Part shown: one piece after another, positions 26,592 to 36,509 of the stretch | How the letters are laid out: every line of letters starts with the position of its first letter | Position numbering within the stretch: the first letter of the stretch is position 1 | Origin: a virus | Lineage: Duplodnaviria > Caudoviricetes | Length of the DNA stretch: 61,917 nucleotides | Virus record (IMG/VR): IMGVR_UViG_3300014839_000001 | Location: 1 to 61,917 of that record | Direction: 5' to 3' (one strand) | The notes under the pieces: model-generated | What the model saw: only the letters and a program-made list of their open reading frames with translations | Databases searched by the model: none | Told to the model about the DNA's origin: nothing | Position numbers and translations under genes: made by a program

Positions 26592-29500
26592 TTTGACTTC
26601 TTGCCCTCCGCTTTCTTTTGTGGAGAAGATTAAAAGCCTTCACATAATTTTCATCTTCAATTCCCCAACACTGAGGTTCCTCTTGCATCGTTCCAGTGAC
26701 ATCGAAGAACCGGAAACCTAGCGGCCCATCGAGGTTGAATGGATTGCGTATTGAACCATCAAAGCAAAAGACAGCGCCACGGCACTTCTCTGCCATGAAT
26801 TTCAAGTATGCGTATTCCTCCGTTTTGGCTTCGTCTACGATCAACTCGAATGGAAGACCGTTTTCATCTACCACCAGGAGAAGCCAACTCTTACCTCTTC
26901 CCATTGCCGATGCTTTCTTCTTTAGAATGTCACCGGCAGGAAGATTCGGAACCCAAAACAATTTTGAGACACTGGCTCCTCGTGGCGTCAATGGCACTTT
27001 ACGTTCGAGCCCCAAATGCTTCCATCCCCTTGAACTCTCCCGCCGACCGGCATGCTTCGGTTTCATCGTTTTCAAGTCCATTGCCTTCGGATGATTGAGG
27101 AGGAAGCCAAGAACATGCAACGTCTCTTCATCACTATCCGTAGGCTTGATGCCAAAGCTCCTGAATGCCCCTACAGCAGCCAAAGCTTCCACTGAGGGTT
27201 GTTTTACCGCCGCCTTCGGCAAACGCTCTCTGAAGTCTTCCAGTGAGCTATACGGCTGCTTTGCTAGAATCGCACGCAACGCAACCGGGCCGATTCCCCT
27301 GACACGCGCCAAACCGACGAAAATTTCAGTGGATTTCGGGCCTCGTGTGAATCCTGCGGCAGAAAGGTTGACATCGGGAGGAAGCAGTTTGAATCCCTCG
27401 TCCTTCGCCGCTGCAATGTAACGATGCTTTTCTGGATAGACATCAAGTAACGAAACGAAGAACTCTTGCGGGTGATGACATTTCAAGTAAGCTGACTTGA
27501 CAGCGAGCCGACCATACGACGTTGCGTGAGCCCTTGCGAAGCCGTAGCCTTGAAACGAATTCATCAATTCCCAAACCTCGTCAGCCTCTCCCTGAGAAAC
27601 CTTTTTCAACGCCTTCTTCATGAAGATCGGTTTGAATTTGCCAAAGGCTTCTTTCGCTCCCCTACCGACTCCCTTAGCAAGCTTGATCGCGTCAAGCAAC
27701 TGCTGAGCTTCGTCGTGGTCGAGCCCGACTTCGTACCCAAGTTCAAGAATCTGTTCTTGAAAAATCGGGATACCGTAAGTCTCTTCCAGCACGTCTTTGA
27801 CAACCTTCGACGTGTAATCAACCTCTTCGATCCCTTTGCGCCGCCGATTGTAGATGGTGTGATAACCAGGACGAGTCAACGACGGGCGGTAAATCGCAAC
27901 CGACGCAATCACGTCTGACTCTTTTTCAACCTCTACTTCGATGCAACCCTGCCGGTTCGTGCTCCCCTGCAAAGTGAAAACGCCTTCGGTTCGTCCGCTG
28001 CGAAGCATCTTGAACGTCTCAGGGTCGTCAGTCGGTATCTGCCGAAGGTCAAGCGGGTTTTTGCCGAGTGAACTCAGGCATCGTGAAATTACGCTCAGAT
28101 TCTTGAGCCGCAGGAAATCGCCCTTGTTGAACCCGAACTTCTCGATGTTCTTGTAATCGAACTGGGTGACAAGTTTTCCCGACGACGCAATGAGATACAT
28201 CGGTACCCAATCCTTCAACGGACGTTCAGCGGTTCCGAAGACCCAGCCGCATGCGTGCTGGCCCACGCTCTTCAGATTGTCAAAGACTTCAGAAGCCAGC
28301 TCGTAAATTTCAGGATAAGTGTCTTTGAGCGCTGTGTAAACGTCTTCCTCTTCATCGACCATGCCCGAGTCGATCATCTGCGGAAGCAAGTTGGCGATCT
28401 CATCCTGAATCTCTTTTGAAATTCCGAGGCTTTCTGCAACCAGACGGAACGAAGAGCGGTTGGCCAGCGTTTGATAGTTGCCTATCATCGCAACCTGCCC
28501 CTCGCCTTCCAGCTCGACCATTCTCTCCAAGACGATTTTCATGAAGTCGTCATAGCGGTCGTGCTCAATGTCAATATCAATGTCCGGCAGCTTCTTTCGC
28601 TGCGGGTTATAGAATCGCTCGAATGTCAGTTTGTCGGCAATCGGATCAACATCGTGAATGCTAAGACAGTAACAAACAAGGGAGCTGGATGCCGACCCTC
28701 TTGTGTTTGTCAAGATGCCTTGCTTCGCAGCCGTCCTGATGAAATAAGACATGAGCAGCAGGTAGTGGGCAAAGTCGCCCATCGCGCTCAGCTCGTGCTC
28801 AAACCGTTCCTTGGCGATCTTGCCATGCTTCCGACTAATCCCCTTGAGCCGCGAACTACTGAGATTGCGAATTTTTTCAATCGGGTTATCGTAGCCCGAG
28901 AACGGAATTGAATATGAAAATGAGTCCAAAGCACTCAGCCGAACGTTTGACTCCTTGACAATTTCCATGATATTGTCACAAGCCCCGCTAAGCCCGTCAG
29001 TCCGTTCTTCCAGTTCTTCCATTGACTGTAAATGCGCAGTCCAGTAGCAATAATCTCTGACAAACCCCGATATTTGGTGCTCGTCTGACTGAACGCGGTG
29101 CGTATCTTCCTTCGCCCAATTTTTCATCTTTGAACTGAGCATTGAAATATGGGCTTTGCGTTGCGAGACAGTCTGATAGTGCGAATCGTTTGTCAACACA
29201 ACCGGCGTCCTAGTGATTGCGGCCAACCTCAGCAAACGTTCGCGTACTCGATCCTCAGCCTCGCACATACCCTCGTAGGCCACGAACCCTTTGTCCATAA
29301 ACGAAGGATGACCGTGGTTCTGAATTTCAATGTAGAAATTCGGGAAAATCGTTTTCATGCTATCGATGTAGCAAGAGGCGGCATAAAGATCGGGCTTCAT
29401 GCCGATCAAGAGCTGCGCCAATTCGCCACCAAGGCAACCAGTCATGAAGACATTGTGATGAAGAGGTTGCGGCGCTCGCTCGATCATCGCATTTAATGAA

Positions 29501-29883
29501 ATTCGCGGCCGGTAGTAGAAATTCTCCGGCTGCATTGAAAACGTTGACCAAGCAACAAGATTCTTGTAACCCTCGGCGCTCAGCGCAAGAACGGTCAGGT
29601 GCCGAGCCGACTTGCGTACTTCCTTATCTCTGACGCCTAAAATTTCATCAGAAACAGTATAGAACTCTTCCCCCAAAATCGGTTTAATGCGCGCTTCCCG
29701 ACATGCTCTGTAAAAAGGAGGAACGCTACCCATGTGGCCGTGCTCTGTAAGCGCAGCCGCGCCCCATCCCAATTCGACGGCGCGTGCAACCACATTCTTT
29801 GGCGACCCAAACCCGTCAAGGAGGCTAAAGGTACTGTGGACATGCAAGTCGCACGCTTTTTTTACACGCGCCGTCTTTCGCAT
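26575..29883 (-). CDS. dnaE: DNA polymerase III alpha subunit
   Basis: PHP DLHVHS.FSLLDG, TNDSHY, RGSA.SSLV.Y.L, PDIDID, YGF.RAHATSY, PPDVN.S. Confidence 0.96.
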   Translation of the reverse strand: MRKTARVKKACDLHVHSTFSLLDGFGSPKNVVARAVELGWGAAALTEHGHMGSVPPFYRACREARIKPILGEEFYTVSDEILGVRDKEVRKSARHLTVLALSAEGYKNLVAWSTFSMQPENFYYRPRISLNAMIERAPQPLHHNVFMTGCLGGELAQLLIGMKPDLYAASCYIDSMKTIFPNFYIEIQNHGHPSFMDKGFVAYEGMCEAEDRVRERLLRLAAITRTPVVLTNDSHYQTVSQRKAHISMLSSKMKNWAKEDTHRVQSDEHQISGFVRDYCYWTAHLQSMEELEERTDGLSGACDNIMEIVKESNVRLSALDSFSYSIPFSGYDNPIEKIRNLSSSRLKGISRKHGKIAKERFEHELSAMGDFAHYLLLMSYFIRTAAKQGILTNTRGSASSSLVCYCLSIHDVDPIADKLTFERFYNPQRKKLPDIDIDIEHDRYDDFMKIVLERMVELEGEGQVAMIGNYQTLANRSSFRLVAESLGISKEIQDEIANLLPQMIDSGMVDEEEDVYTALKDTYPEIYELASEVFDNLKSVGQHACGWVFGTAERPLKDWVPMYLIASSGKLVTQFDYKNIEKFGFNKGDFLRLKNLSVISRCLSSLGKNPLDLRQIPTDDPETFKMLRSGRTEGVFTLQGSTNRQGCIEVEVEKESDVIASVAIYRPSLTRPGYHTIYNRRRKGIEEVDYTSKVVKDVLEETYGIPIFQEQILELGYEVGLDHDEAQQLLDAIKLAKGVGRGAKEAFGKFKPIFMKKALKKVSQGEADEVWELMNSFQGYGFARAHATSYGRLAVKSAYLKCHHPQEFFVSLLDVYPEKHRYIAAAKDEGFKLLPPDVNLSAAGFTRGPKSTEIFVGLARVRGIGPVALRAILAKQPYSSLEDFRERLPKAAVKQPSVEALAAVGAFRSFGIKPTDSDEETLHVLGFLLNHPKAMDLKTMKPKHAGRRESSRGWKHLGLERKVPLTPRGASVSKLFWVPNLPAGDILKKKASAMGRGKSWLLLVVDENGLPFELIVDEAKTEEYAYLKFMAEKCRGAVFCFDGSIRNPFNLDGPLGFRFFDVTGTMQEEPQCWGIEDENYVKAFNLLHKRKRRARSQNASKA

Positions 29884-29885
29884 TG

Positions 29886-30323
29886 TTACTTCGCGCTCTT
29901 CTTCGCGGCTCTCTCTGCCTTAGCCGCTGCTTTCTCAGCAGCCTCGCGACGGGCTACGGCCTTGTCAGCCTTCTCCTGCGCTACGTCACGCAGTACCTTG
30001 CCGTTCTTGCTCGTCGTAGAAGGCAGAGCGTCCTTGAGCTTTTTCAACGGGTTAGCCTTCAGCGCAATCTTCGCCGGTCGTGCAGCGAAGGTCGTCTCTT
30101 CACCCGTTCGAGGATCAGTGCCCTTCCTCTTCGGCTTTGCCAGCCTGAAAACAGGCGTGATCTTGACAAGCCCGAATAGGTTGATCGTCTCGCCTGCTTC
30201 AAGAAGCTCCTCGATCACGTAACCAAGAGACTCGTAATAATCCTTCTCTTGAGTCTTGTTTGCGAATGGAATATCCATCGCTTCCGATACACGCTTTTTC
30301 AACTGCGCAGGTGTTACCGCCAT
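29886..30323 (-). CDS. HU/IHF-family DNA-binding protein with Ala/Lys tail
   Basis: GETINLFGL.K...RKGTDPRTGEE...A.P. Confidence 0.85.
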   Translation of the reverse strand: MAVTPAQLKKRVSEAMDIPFANKTQEKDYYESLGYVIEELLEAGETINLFGLVKITPVFRLAKPKRKGTDPRTGEETTFAARPAKIALKANPLKKLKDALPSTTSKNGKVLRDVAQEKADKAVARREAAEKAAAKAERAAKKSAK

Positions 30324-30353
30324 CTTGTACCGCCTTTCAGTCCAGGGGTGAAA

Positions 30354-31667
30354 TTACTTCTTGGTCTTCTTCTTGGCAACCACCGGGAACGCATCAGCGA
30401 GCATGTCGCCATCCTCGTCCTTCGCGGCAGAAATGGTGATCTGCTGCCCTGCCTTGAAATCGTCAAGGTCGAGATCGGCCCAACTGTTGCCGTTATCGTC
30501 TTCGCCGTCATCGAGGAAGTATAGATCGAAGATAACGCCGTCTTCCGTCTCGACATTCAACGTCTGCTCTTCAGAATTGACTTCTACGATCTTGGCTTTT
30601 CCTTCGTAGTTGTCAGGAAGTTCAGAATCGGATTTCTCTTCCTCTTCTGCGGGCTCCTCCTCTTCCTCTTCCTCGGGCTCGCTGTCAGAGCTAGACATTT
30701 CGGTAGCAACAAAATCGCCATCGTCGTCCTTCTCAGCAACGATCGTTACGATTTCGCTCTTACCAAAATCGCCCAAGTCAACATCGTCCGAAGCGAAGAC
30801 AACAAATTCCACGCCTTCGACGCTAACCTTTGCCTTGAGCTTGTCAGAGAAGATTTTGACAATCGTAGCGTCGCCCTCGAACTCAGTATCCTCTTCAGGG
30901 TCAAAACCGCTGGTTGTCTCGTCCTCTTCCTCTTCTTCAACCTCTTCCTCGGGCTCGGCCTTCTTGGTGGTCTTCTTGTCAGCCTTGGTCTTAGCCGCCG
31001 TCTTCTTCTCTTCCTTTTCCTCGACTTCATTTTCATCGGCCTCAAGAGCGCTAGACACTTCCTGCTCTTCGAGGACGCGATTGAGCGTACTGACCAACTG
31101 CTGTTCGTAATCAGGAGAGTTTTTCAACGACGCTTTGATTGCGGTTGGTTTCAAGCTTGCGCTCTTCGGCCGAATTGTGTACCTGCCCCGGTCGTCTTGC
31201 CTCTTGATACGGAACATCTTGCCGAAGACTGTTTCGCCCTCTTTCACGTAGTCAACGAATTCCATGATCGTTGAATAATTGAGGTTAAACGTTTTCAGTT
31301 CGCCCTCTGAAGGGTCATCGTCTTCGTCAGACACAACGAGCCACAACGCTTTTGCACGAGTGTTCGGGTTGTCACCCTCTTCGCAGAGGAAGCAGCCCTC
31401 GCCAGTGCAAGGAACGTAACCCGTTGCTGGTGTGTAGTGCTCCCAGTATTCGTAATAGCCGGGGTTTTCACTTGCTCCCGCCTTCGCCAATGCCTCAGCG
31501 ATACCGGCGTTCTCTTTCTTTTTCAAGTCGTCAGGAGGAAGCGGAATGAACAACGCATAACCGACAAAGCTTTCTCCGGTCTTTTTCAACGTGATGTATC
31601 CGCCTCGGCCAGCGTTTCGGTCGTCAGAACTTTTGACGCCACGAATGGTGGTGGTTTTCTTTGCCAT
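30354..31667 (-). CDS. gp32-like single-stranded DNA-binding protein with acidic duplicated C-terminal domains
   Basis: YWEHY..PC...C.LC Zn motif, IKR..Y; located between primase and HU/DnaE. Confidence 0.6.
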   Translation of the reverse strand: MAKKTTTIRGVKSSDDRNAGRGGYITLKKTGESFVGYALFIPLPPDDLKKKENAGIAEALAKAGASENPGYYEYWEHYTPATGYVPCTGEGCFLCEEGDNPNTRAKALWLVVSDEDDDPSEGELKTFNLNYSTIMEFVDYVKEGETVFGKMFRIKRQDDRGRYTIRPKSASLKPTAIKASLKNSPDYEQQLVSTLNRVLEEQEVSSALEADENEVEEKEEKKTAAKTKADKKTTKKAEPEEEVEEEEEDETTSGFDPEEDTEFEGDATIVKIFSDKLKAKVSVEGVEFVVFASDDVDLGDFGKSEIVTIVAEKDDDGDFVATEMSSSDSEPEEEEEEEPAEEEEKSDSELPDNYEGKAKIVEVNSEEQTLNVETEDGVIFDLYFLDDGEDDNGNSWADLDLDDFKAGQQITISAAKDEDGDMLADAFPVVAKKKTKK

Positions 31668-33670
31668 TATCTGAACTCCTTTTGTAGTGTTCCGGGCAAA
31701 CGGTGTTTGAACATTGTCAACGGCACCGCCTTTTCTATCATGCGCTGAGCCTCTGCCTTTGTCAGTTCCGCCGGGTCTTGACGACCGCTAGGGTAGAGAC
31801 AAATGAAAATGGGATACTTCTTTAGGAGTCTGTCAGCAGAAACGATCGCGTGAAAGCCCGACGCGTCTTTGTCAAACATCAAGTAGACGCGGCGAGGCTT
31901 AAGACGTGAAATTATGCGTGATTGTTTTACTGACAATTTTGAGCCCAGGATTGCTACTGCGTTTCGGACACCGTTTTGGTGAAGGGTCATGCAATCAAGG
32001 CTCCCTTCGCACAGAACAATGCCCTGGCATAGTAGCAAATCCCGGTCGATGTTGCAAGCTCCAAATAGCAGGGAAGACTTCTCACAGCCATCAGGCGCAT
32101 ACAGGTACTTCGGCCAATCCTTCGGCTTCACGGCCCGCTTGATGAGGAAACGCAGTATTCCTTTCTCGTCAAAAGCAGGAATTACAATTCGCCGTTCTTC
32201 TGCATCCCAGCCGATTTGGAATCCTGCAACGCTTTCATTGCCAATGCCTCTCGAACTAAGGTAGTCCATTCCGAACGACGGAAGGAAACGTTGGTACTTG
32301 ATTTCATCTGTAATTGCGCTACCAGAATGTGCGCCTTCGACCAGGGTATTCCGTAAGTTGCGTTTAGACACCGAGCCAGATCGATTGCTAGCGAATCGAA
32401 GGATGAGTTTTCTTGCGTGCCGTTCATCAATACCTTCGATCATTGAAATTGCATGTTCGTATGTACCTGAAATTCCGCAGTTCGCAAAACAGTTTCCTGA
32501 CAAATACCCCGGCCCTGCGACCCAAGTATGCGTAATTGGTTCTTCGCAGCAATACACAACCTCCTTGCGATCAGTTATTTCAACGCTTTCAACGCACACC
32601 GATGAGTGATACCGGGCCAAAGGCATTTCTTTTACGTTTCGGCGATGCGCTTGATGCACAACCAGCTTTTCGTCAATCTTGCCATTGTTGAACAACGACG
32701 CTTTTTGAAATGTCAATTTCCAATTCGGTGCGTATTCGCCAGTCCACGGGTTATCTCTTCGTCCAAGACCAATCGAAGTGCTGTTTAACCCAACATGCGC
32801 CGCTATTAACCTGATTTCAACCAAATTTTCAAAGTTGCTTTGATGAATCATCCAATGTCCTGTTCGCGTCACATGCCCATCAGCAGCAAGAAGACCCGCC
32901 ACAAACCCTCGCAAATAAGAAAGACTGTGTTCATATCTGCTAGGTAGCTTTTTCCAATGCGCAGGCAAATGCGAAACCGAAGTATATTCCAGATTTCCTT
33001 GACCACGCAAGACCCCTTCTGAAATATACTCCCTTTTGAAATACCGCTGAACTAGCTCGCGACTTTCTCCATATTGTCTCATCTTTGTCCACTTGCCATC
33101 CATATACACATGGCCGTCGCCAAAGACCAACCCGTGCCTGACACCCTCCAAATAATCAGCGTCATTTTCATAATCAAATGACAATGCTGTTTGAAATTGC
33201 AGTTGGCGACCTTCAAGAACTTGTGTAGTTACCTTTTCACGCTTTTTGGGTTTCCAATATGGCACGCCAACGAACCGAGATACTTGAGTAGGGGAAACAA
33301 CCCATTCATGCTTGTCAGTCGCATACAGTTCATCACCATTCGACAACGATATGCGCCAAAGTTGTTGAACGCCATATTCTTTCCAAACCGCAGGGTGGTA
33401 CAACCCGTCGGCCGTCAAAACATCTACTTTTTCACCAACTAAACAGTCCGCAGGAAAGAGTCCTCTGCTCGTGCGAACCATAGTTTCGCCGCTAACGCAA
33501 TGGACGAGTGGTTGGTCTAAGTTGACCTGGAAGTGCCGCTTGCCTGTCTCGTGGTTTGGATTCGGGCACTTAACGAGTGGTGAAAAACCCAAACTCGGCG
33601 TATTCGGTGGAAAGTCCACCCAGCGTGACCATAGCTGAACCGGATCGATTTCGCGGCCTTCAAACCGCAT
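31667..33670 (-). CDS. dnaG: DNA primase (CHC2 Zn finger + TOPRIM) containing an intein
   Basis: CPNPNH...H|CFANCG, YL..RGI, KYLY, LCEGSLD, FDKD.SG. Confidence 0.9.
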   Translation of the reverse strand: MRFEGREIDPVQLWSRWVDFPPNTPSLGFSPLVKCPNPNHETGKRHFQVNLDQPLVHCVSGETMVRTSRGLFPADCLVGEKVDVLTADGLYHPAVWKEYGVQQLWRISLSNGDELYATDKHEWVVSPTQVSRFVGVPYWKPKKREKVTTQVLEGRQLQFQTALSFDYENDADYLEGVRHGLVFGDGHVYMDGKWTKMRQYGESRELVQRYFKREYISEGVLRGQGNLEYTSVSHLPAHWKKLPSRYEHSLSYLRGFVAGLLAADGHVTRTGHWMIHQSNFENLVEIRLIAAHVGLNSTSIGLGRRDNPWTGEYAPNWKLTFQKASLFNNGKIDEKLVVHQAHRRNVKEMPLARYHSSVCVESVEITDRKEVVYCCEEPITHTWVAGPGYLSGNCFANCGISGTYEHAISMIEGIDERHARKLILRFASNRSGSVSKRNLRNTLVEGAHSGSAITDEIKYQRFLPSFGMDYLSSRGIGNESVAGFQIGWDAEERRIVIPAFDEKGILRFLIKRAVKPKDWPKYLYAPDGCEKSSLLFGACNIDRDLLLCQGIVLCEGSLDCMTLHQNGVRNAVAILGSKLSVKQSRIISRLKPRRVYLMFDKDASGFHAIVSADRLLKKYPIFICLYPSGRQDPAELTKAEAQRMIEKAVPLTMFKHRLPGTLQKEFR
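32492..33499 (-). mobile_element. Intein (336 aa) with two LAGLIDADG motifs in the primase Zn finger
   Basis: H|CVSGET ... ATDKHEW ... GLVFGDG ... GLLAADG ... VYC...GYLSGN|C. Confidence 0.92.
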
Positions 33671-33857
33671 TATGCGTTCCTACAGGCGCCATCCGACCGG
33701 CGGCGTCTGCTTTCAGTGGGCCAGTCCGCCAGCCGTACTCACGAACTCCATGTTCCGGGCAGACCGGGTACCCTTGCGTGTCTCTTCTTTTTTCATTGCT
33801 GTAATTGAGCTTCTCGTTTACGCCACAGCCGCACAAGTAGTAGCCTCGACCAGTCAT
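33660..33857 (-). CDS. Small Zn-binding protein
   Basis: CGC...CPEHG. Confidence 0.5.
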   Translation of the reverse strand: MTGRGYYLCGCGVNEKLNYSNEKRRDTQGYPVCPEHGVREYGWRTGPLKADAAGRMAPVGTHNAV

Positions 33858-34087
33858 CAGTTTTTCCTTTCAATTCCAACTTCTACTTTTGGCTGCGGGT
33901 TAGACTTGCTGCGCCGATCAAGAATTTTCGTACCTTGCTTTTGCTTCCCGACGATTTTCACAGAAGACTTGGCAGGTGTCATATTCTTGCAGAAGGGGCA
34001 ACCTTTGTCACCCACAAACGTTCCGTGCGTATCACAGTGTCGGTCATTCATCATTTTCACCACCTTTCGTTCCAACGGCCGAATCAA
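33857..34087 (-). CDS. Small Zn-binding protein
   Basis: CDTHG...CPFC; start probably at MMNDRH. Confidence 0.5.
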   Translation of the reverse strand: MIRPLERKVVKMMNDRHCDTHGTFVGDKGCPFCKNMTPAKSSVKIVGKQKQGTKILDRRSKSNPQPKVEVGIERKN

Positions 34088-35402
34088 CTATCTCGCGCAA
34101 TTCTTCGTCTTCTACAGAACTTTCTTTTCCGTTATAATAGTTTCCAGCAGGTTCATCAATTTCACGAATCATTCCGATATTTGGGTAAAACTCTGCTTCA
34201 AACCTGAAATCTTGACCGAACCGAGATTTGCTGCAACGAAAGATCAGACGATTCTCATCCTCGACGTGCTTCAAGCCAATAACAGCGTCCGCAACTTGAA
34301 CCGGCACATCGCTGTTGAAGCTCGAATCCTGGTGCGGTGCGTCACCTTTGTGATCGCCCTGCCGGTTTGCCTGATTAGTGGCAACGACGGGAATGTTGTA
34401 ACTCCGTGATAGCTCATTGAGCGAATCCGCAATGTCAGCAATTTCAGCAACACGCGAATCCCGATTGCGCGGAGCCTTCAATTTATAGATCGGGTCAATG
34501 ATGACAAGATCAGGATTCAGATCGGCAACCTGCGCTTCAATGAAACTCGGCGTCATGAGCTGGTGGTTGTTTGTTTTGTTGATGAGGACGACTTCGCCGC
34601 CAAGCGATTCGATGTACTCCAAAAACCGTCGATACGATTTCAAGTTGTAGCCAACGCCGTTCATCAGAGCCCTGTTTCTGAAGGCATGCTTAAGCCCCAA
34701 CACTTTTTTCACATTTGGATCGGCAGAGAGAATCGTGTTCAAGCGACACTCGTGCTCTCGCCGATTCATTTCAGGGCTAAAAAGAAGGACGCGGTATTTG
34801 TTCAACGCTGCTGTTGCAGCAAATTTAGTAGTAACCAGGCTCTTTGAATTTCCGGGTCTTCCCAATACAACAATCATGCGGCCGAAGCCAAGACCGTCCC
34901 AGTGATGATCGAGCCACTTGAAGCCCGACGGGATGCCTGGTGGCGTCCCTGCGTCTCTCAGAGAACGCAAAGCACGTTGGTCGGCAAGATGATCTCTCCA
35001 CCCCGAGATCAGCGCGACGTTCTGAACTGGAACATGGAGCCGAGCTATCTGCGACAGAATTTCCTTCGACTCAGCAATTTTTTCAATTGCGTTGTCTTGC
35101 TCTAGCTCAGAGGAAAGTGTGTCGTTGAACGCTCGCAGCTCGTAGTACGCTCGTTCTTGCTTCAGTTCTTGCAAAAGGTCTTGAAGCCGCTCGCTCGACA
35201 CCATCCACTCGAAGTCAGGAAACTTATTGCGGAACGTCCTAACGTTCATTGGTTGTTTAGCAGCGAGCTTTTCTGCTACCCACTGAAATTCGTCCTCAAA
35301 AGACACAAAGTCTTCAGCGCTCACACCAGCTTGGTACAACTTTCGCAAAGCCGGTGCTCCGTCGTCAACTATCGCAGCTACCACCAGGGCTTCAACGCTC
35401 AT
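34044..35402 (-). CDS. dnaB: DnaB-like replicative helicase
   Basis: GIPSGF.WLD, LGRPGNSKS, FSPEM, LVIIDP, NQANR, Q.AD, KSR.G. Confidence 0.9.
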   Translation of the reverse strand: MSVEALVVAAIVDDGAPALRKLYQAGVSAEDFVSFEDEFQWVAEKLAAKQPMNVRTFRNKFPDFEWMVSSERLQDLLQELKQERAYYELRAFNDTLSSELEQDNAIEKIAESKEILSQIARLHVPVQNVALISGWRDHLADQRALRSLRDAGTPPGIPSGFKWLDHHWDGLGFGRMIVVLGRPGNSKSLVTTKFAATAALNKYRVLLFSPEMNRREHECRLNTILSADPNVKKVLGLKHAFRNRALMNGVGYNLKSYRRFLEYIESLGGEVVLINKTNNHQLMTPSFIEAQVADLNPDLVIIDPIYKLKAPRNRDSRVAEIADIADSLNELSRSYNIPVVATNQANRQGDHKGDAPHQDSSFNSDVPVQVADAVIGLKHVEDENRLIFRCSKSRFGQDFRFEAEFYPNIGMIREIDEPAGNYYNGKESSVEDEELREIVDSAVGTKGGENDE

Positions 35403-35827
35403 GACCCGGCCCCTTGCCATTGCGGCCTTTTCAAAAAGCGTATTCGCTGCGCAATTTTTTTTCTTTGTTTGACAACAGGGGCAAGAAGAGGACGCCCCCG
35501 CCCTTTAACTGTAGCCCTACCTTCCAAAAAAAGAGTTAGCTGTTCTTTTTTCAAAATCGAATACGGCAACATTGCTTTTGCCGCTTTAGTTGCCGAATCT
35601 CCACTTATGTTCCAAATGCCAATAGGATGCCGCCGCGTTCCTACTAGTTTCGCAGCAACACGAAAATGACCGCCAAACAAGTCAACCAAAAATTCCAACG
35701 CCAGCCGATCGCAATTGGACAATGTCAATTCCGTTTGCCATTGACCGCTTGTGCGTTGAAAAAACATCACGCAACCTTCGCCATCAAACAATCCTGCGGC
35801 ATAAGCATGCTTCAGTTTCACGGACAC
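35399..35827 (-). CDS. Free-standing single-motif LAGLIDADG homing endonuclease
   Basis: YAAGLFDGEGC, FGG, LPY..LKKEQ. Confidence 0.88.
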   Translation of the reverse strand: MSVKLKHAYAAGLFDGEGCVMFFQRTSGQWQTELTLSNCDRLALEFLVDLFGGHFRVAAKLVGTRRHPIGIWNISGDSATKAAKAMLPYSILKKEQLTLFLEGRATVKGRGRPLLAPVVKQRKKIAQRIRFLKRPQWQGAGS

Positions 35828-35859
35828 GGGTTCTCCTTACGTTCGGGCTTGAAATTTCT

Positions 35860-35980
35860 TACGCGCGTGCGCGCGCTACTTCGATTTCAGTTAATAAAGA
35901 GTAAAAGAAGAAAAGAACAAAGATAAAGAAAGAAAGAAACACTACTAAGGACGGTTTGCGCGCACACGCGCGCGAGGGGT
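35860..35980. other. Candidate replication origin
   Basis: A-rich purine tract flanked by alternating CG runs, directly upstream of the replication operon. Confidence 0.45.
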
Positions 35981-35990
35981 TTTTGTTGTT

Positions 35991-36347
35991 TCATTTTTCA
36001 CTTCTAAGAACTTCGGTGGAAACAATATGCCTCTTGCCAACCCAAGGGGTGTAAACCGCGTCATCACTGACAACAGAAACGTAAATAAAGTCCTCTTCCA
36101 CGTACTTTATTTCAACTACGCACATTCCGTCGTTGTCGGTAAACGCAGTCACAGTGTCAAGGTGCATTGTCACCTTTGACCTACTCTTCTTAGCTTCAAT
36201 CAAGCAGAATTCCCACGAACTATATTGCCTTTTCAAAGTCCCTATTTGCATTGGCGGTACAACAGTGCTTGCTGCGTCAGAAGGTTTCGGCGGGGCTTCA
36301 GTCGGAGCTGCTGCTTCTTCAGGGATTCTTTCTTTTTCAGGCGTCAT
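35991..36347 (-). CDS. Hypothetical protein
   Basis: GAGGAG RBS. Confidence 0.6.
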   Translation of the reverse strand: MTPEKERIPEEAAAPTEAPPKPSDAASTVVPPMQIGTLKRQYSSWEFCLIEAKKSRSKVTMHLDTVTAFTDNDGMCVVEIKYVEEDFIYVSVVSDDAVYTPWVGKRHIVSTEVLRSEK

Positions 36348-36509
36348 TGAAAACTCCTCTTTTCTGTGGGTAACTATCTACTTGGAGAAGCGGCGAAGAG
36401 TGCTGATTCTATCACCGTTTCTTGCATTCTGTCTAGCGGGTGAGAGCTTTGCTCAGTGACGGGCCTGAACGCCACTCTCACCCGCGCATCTGCCCGCGAG
36501 GGCAGAAAC

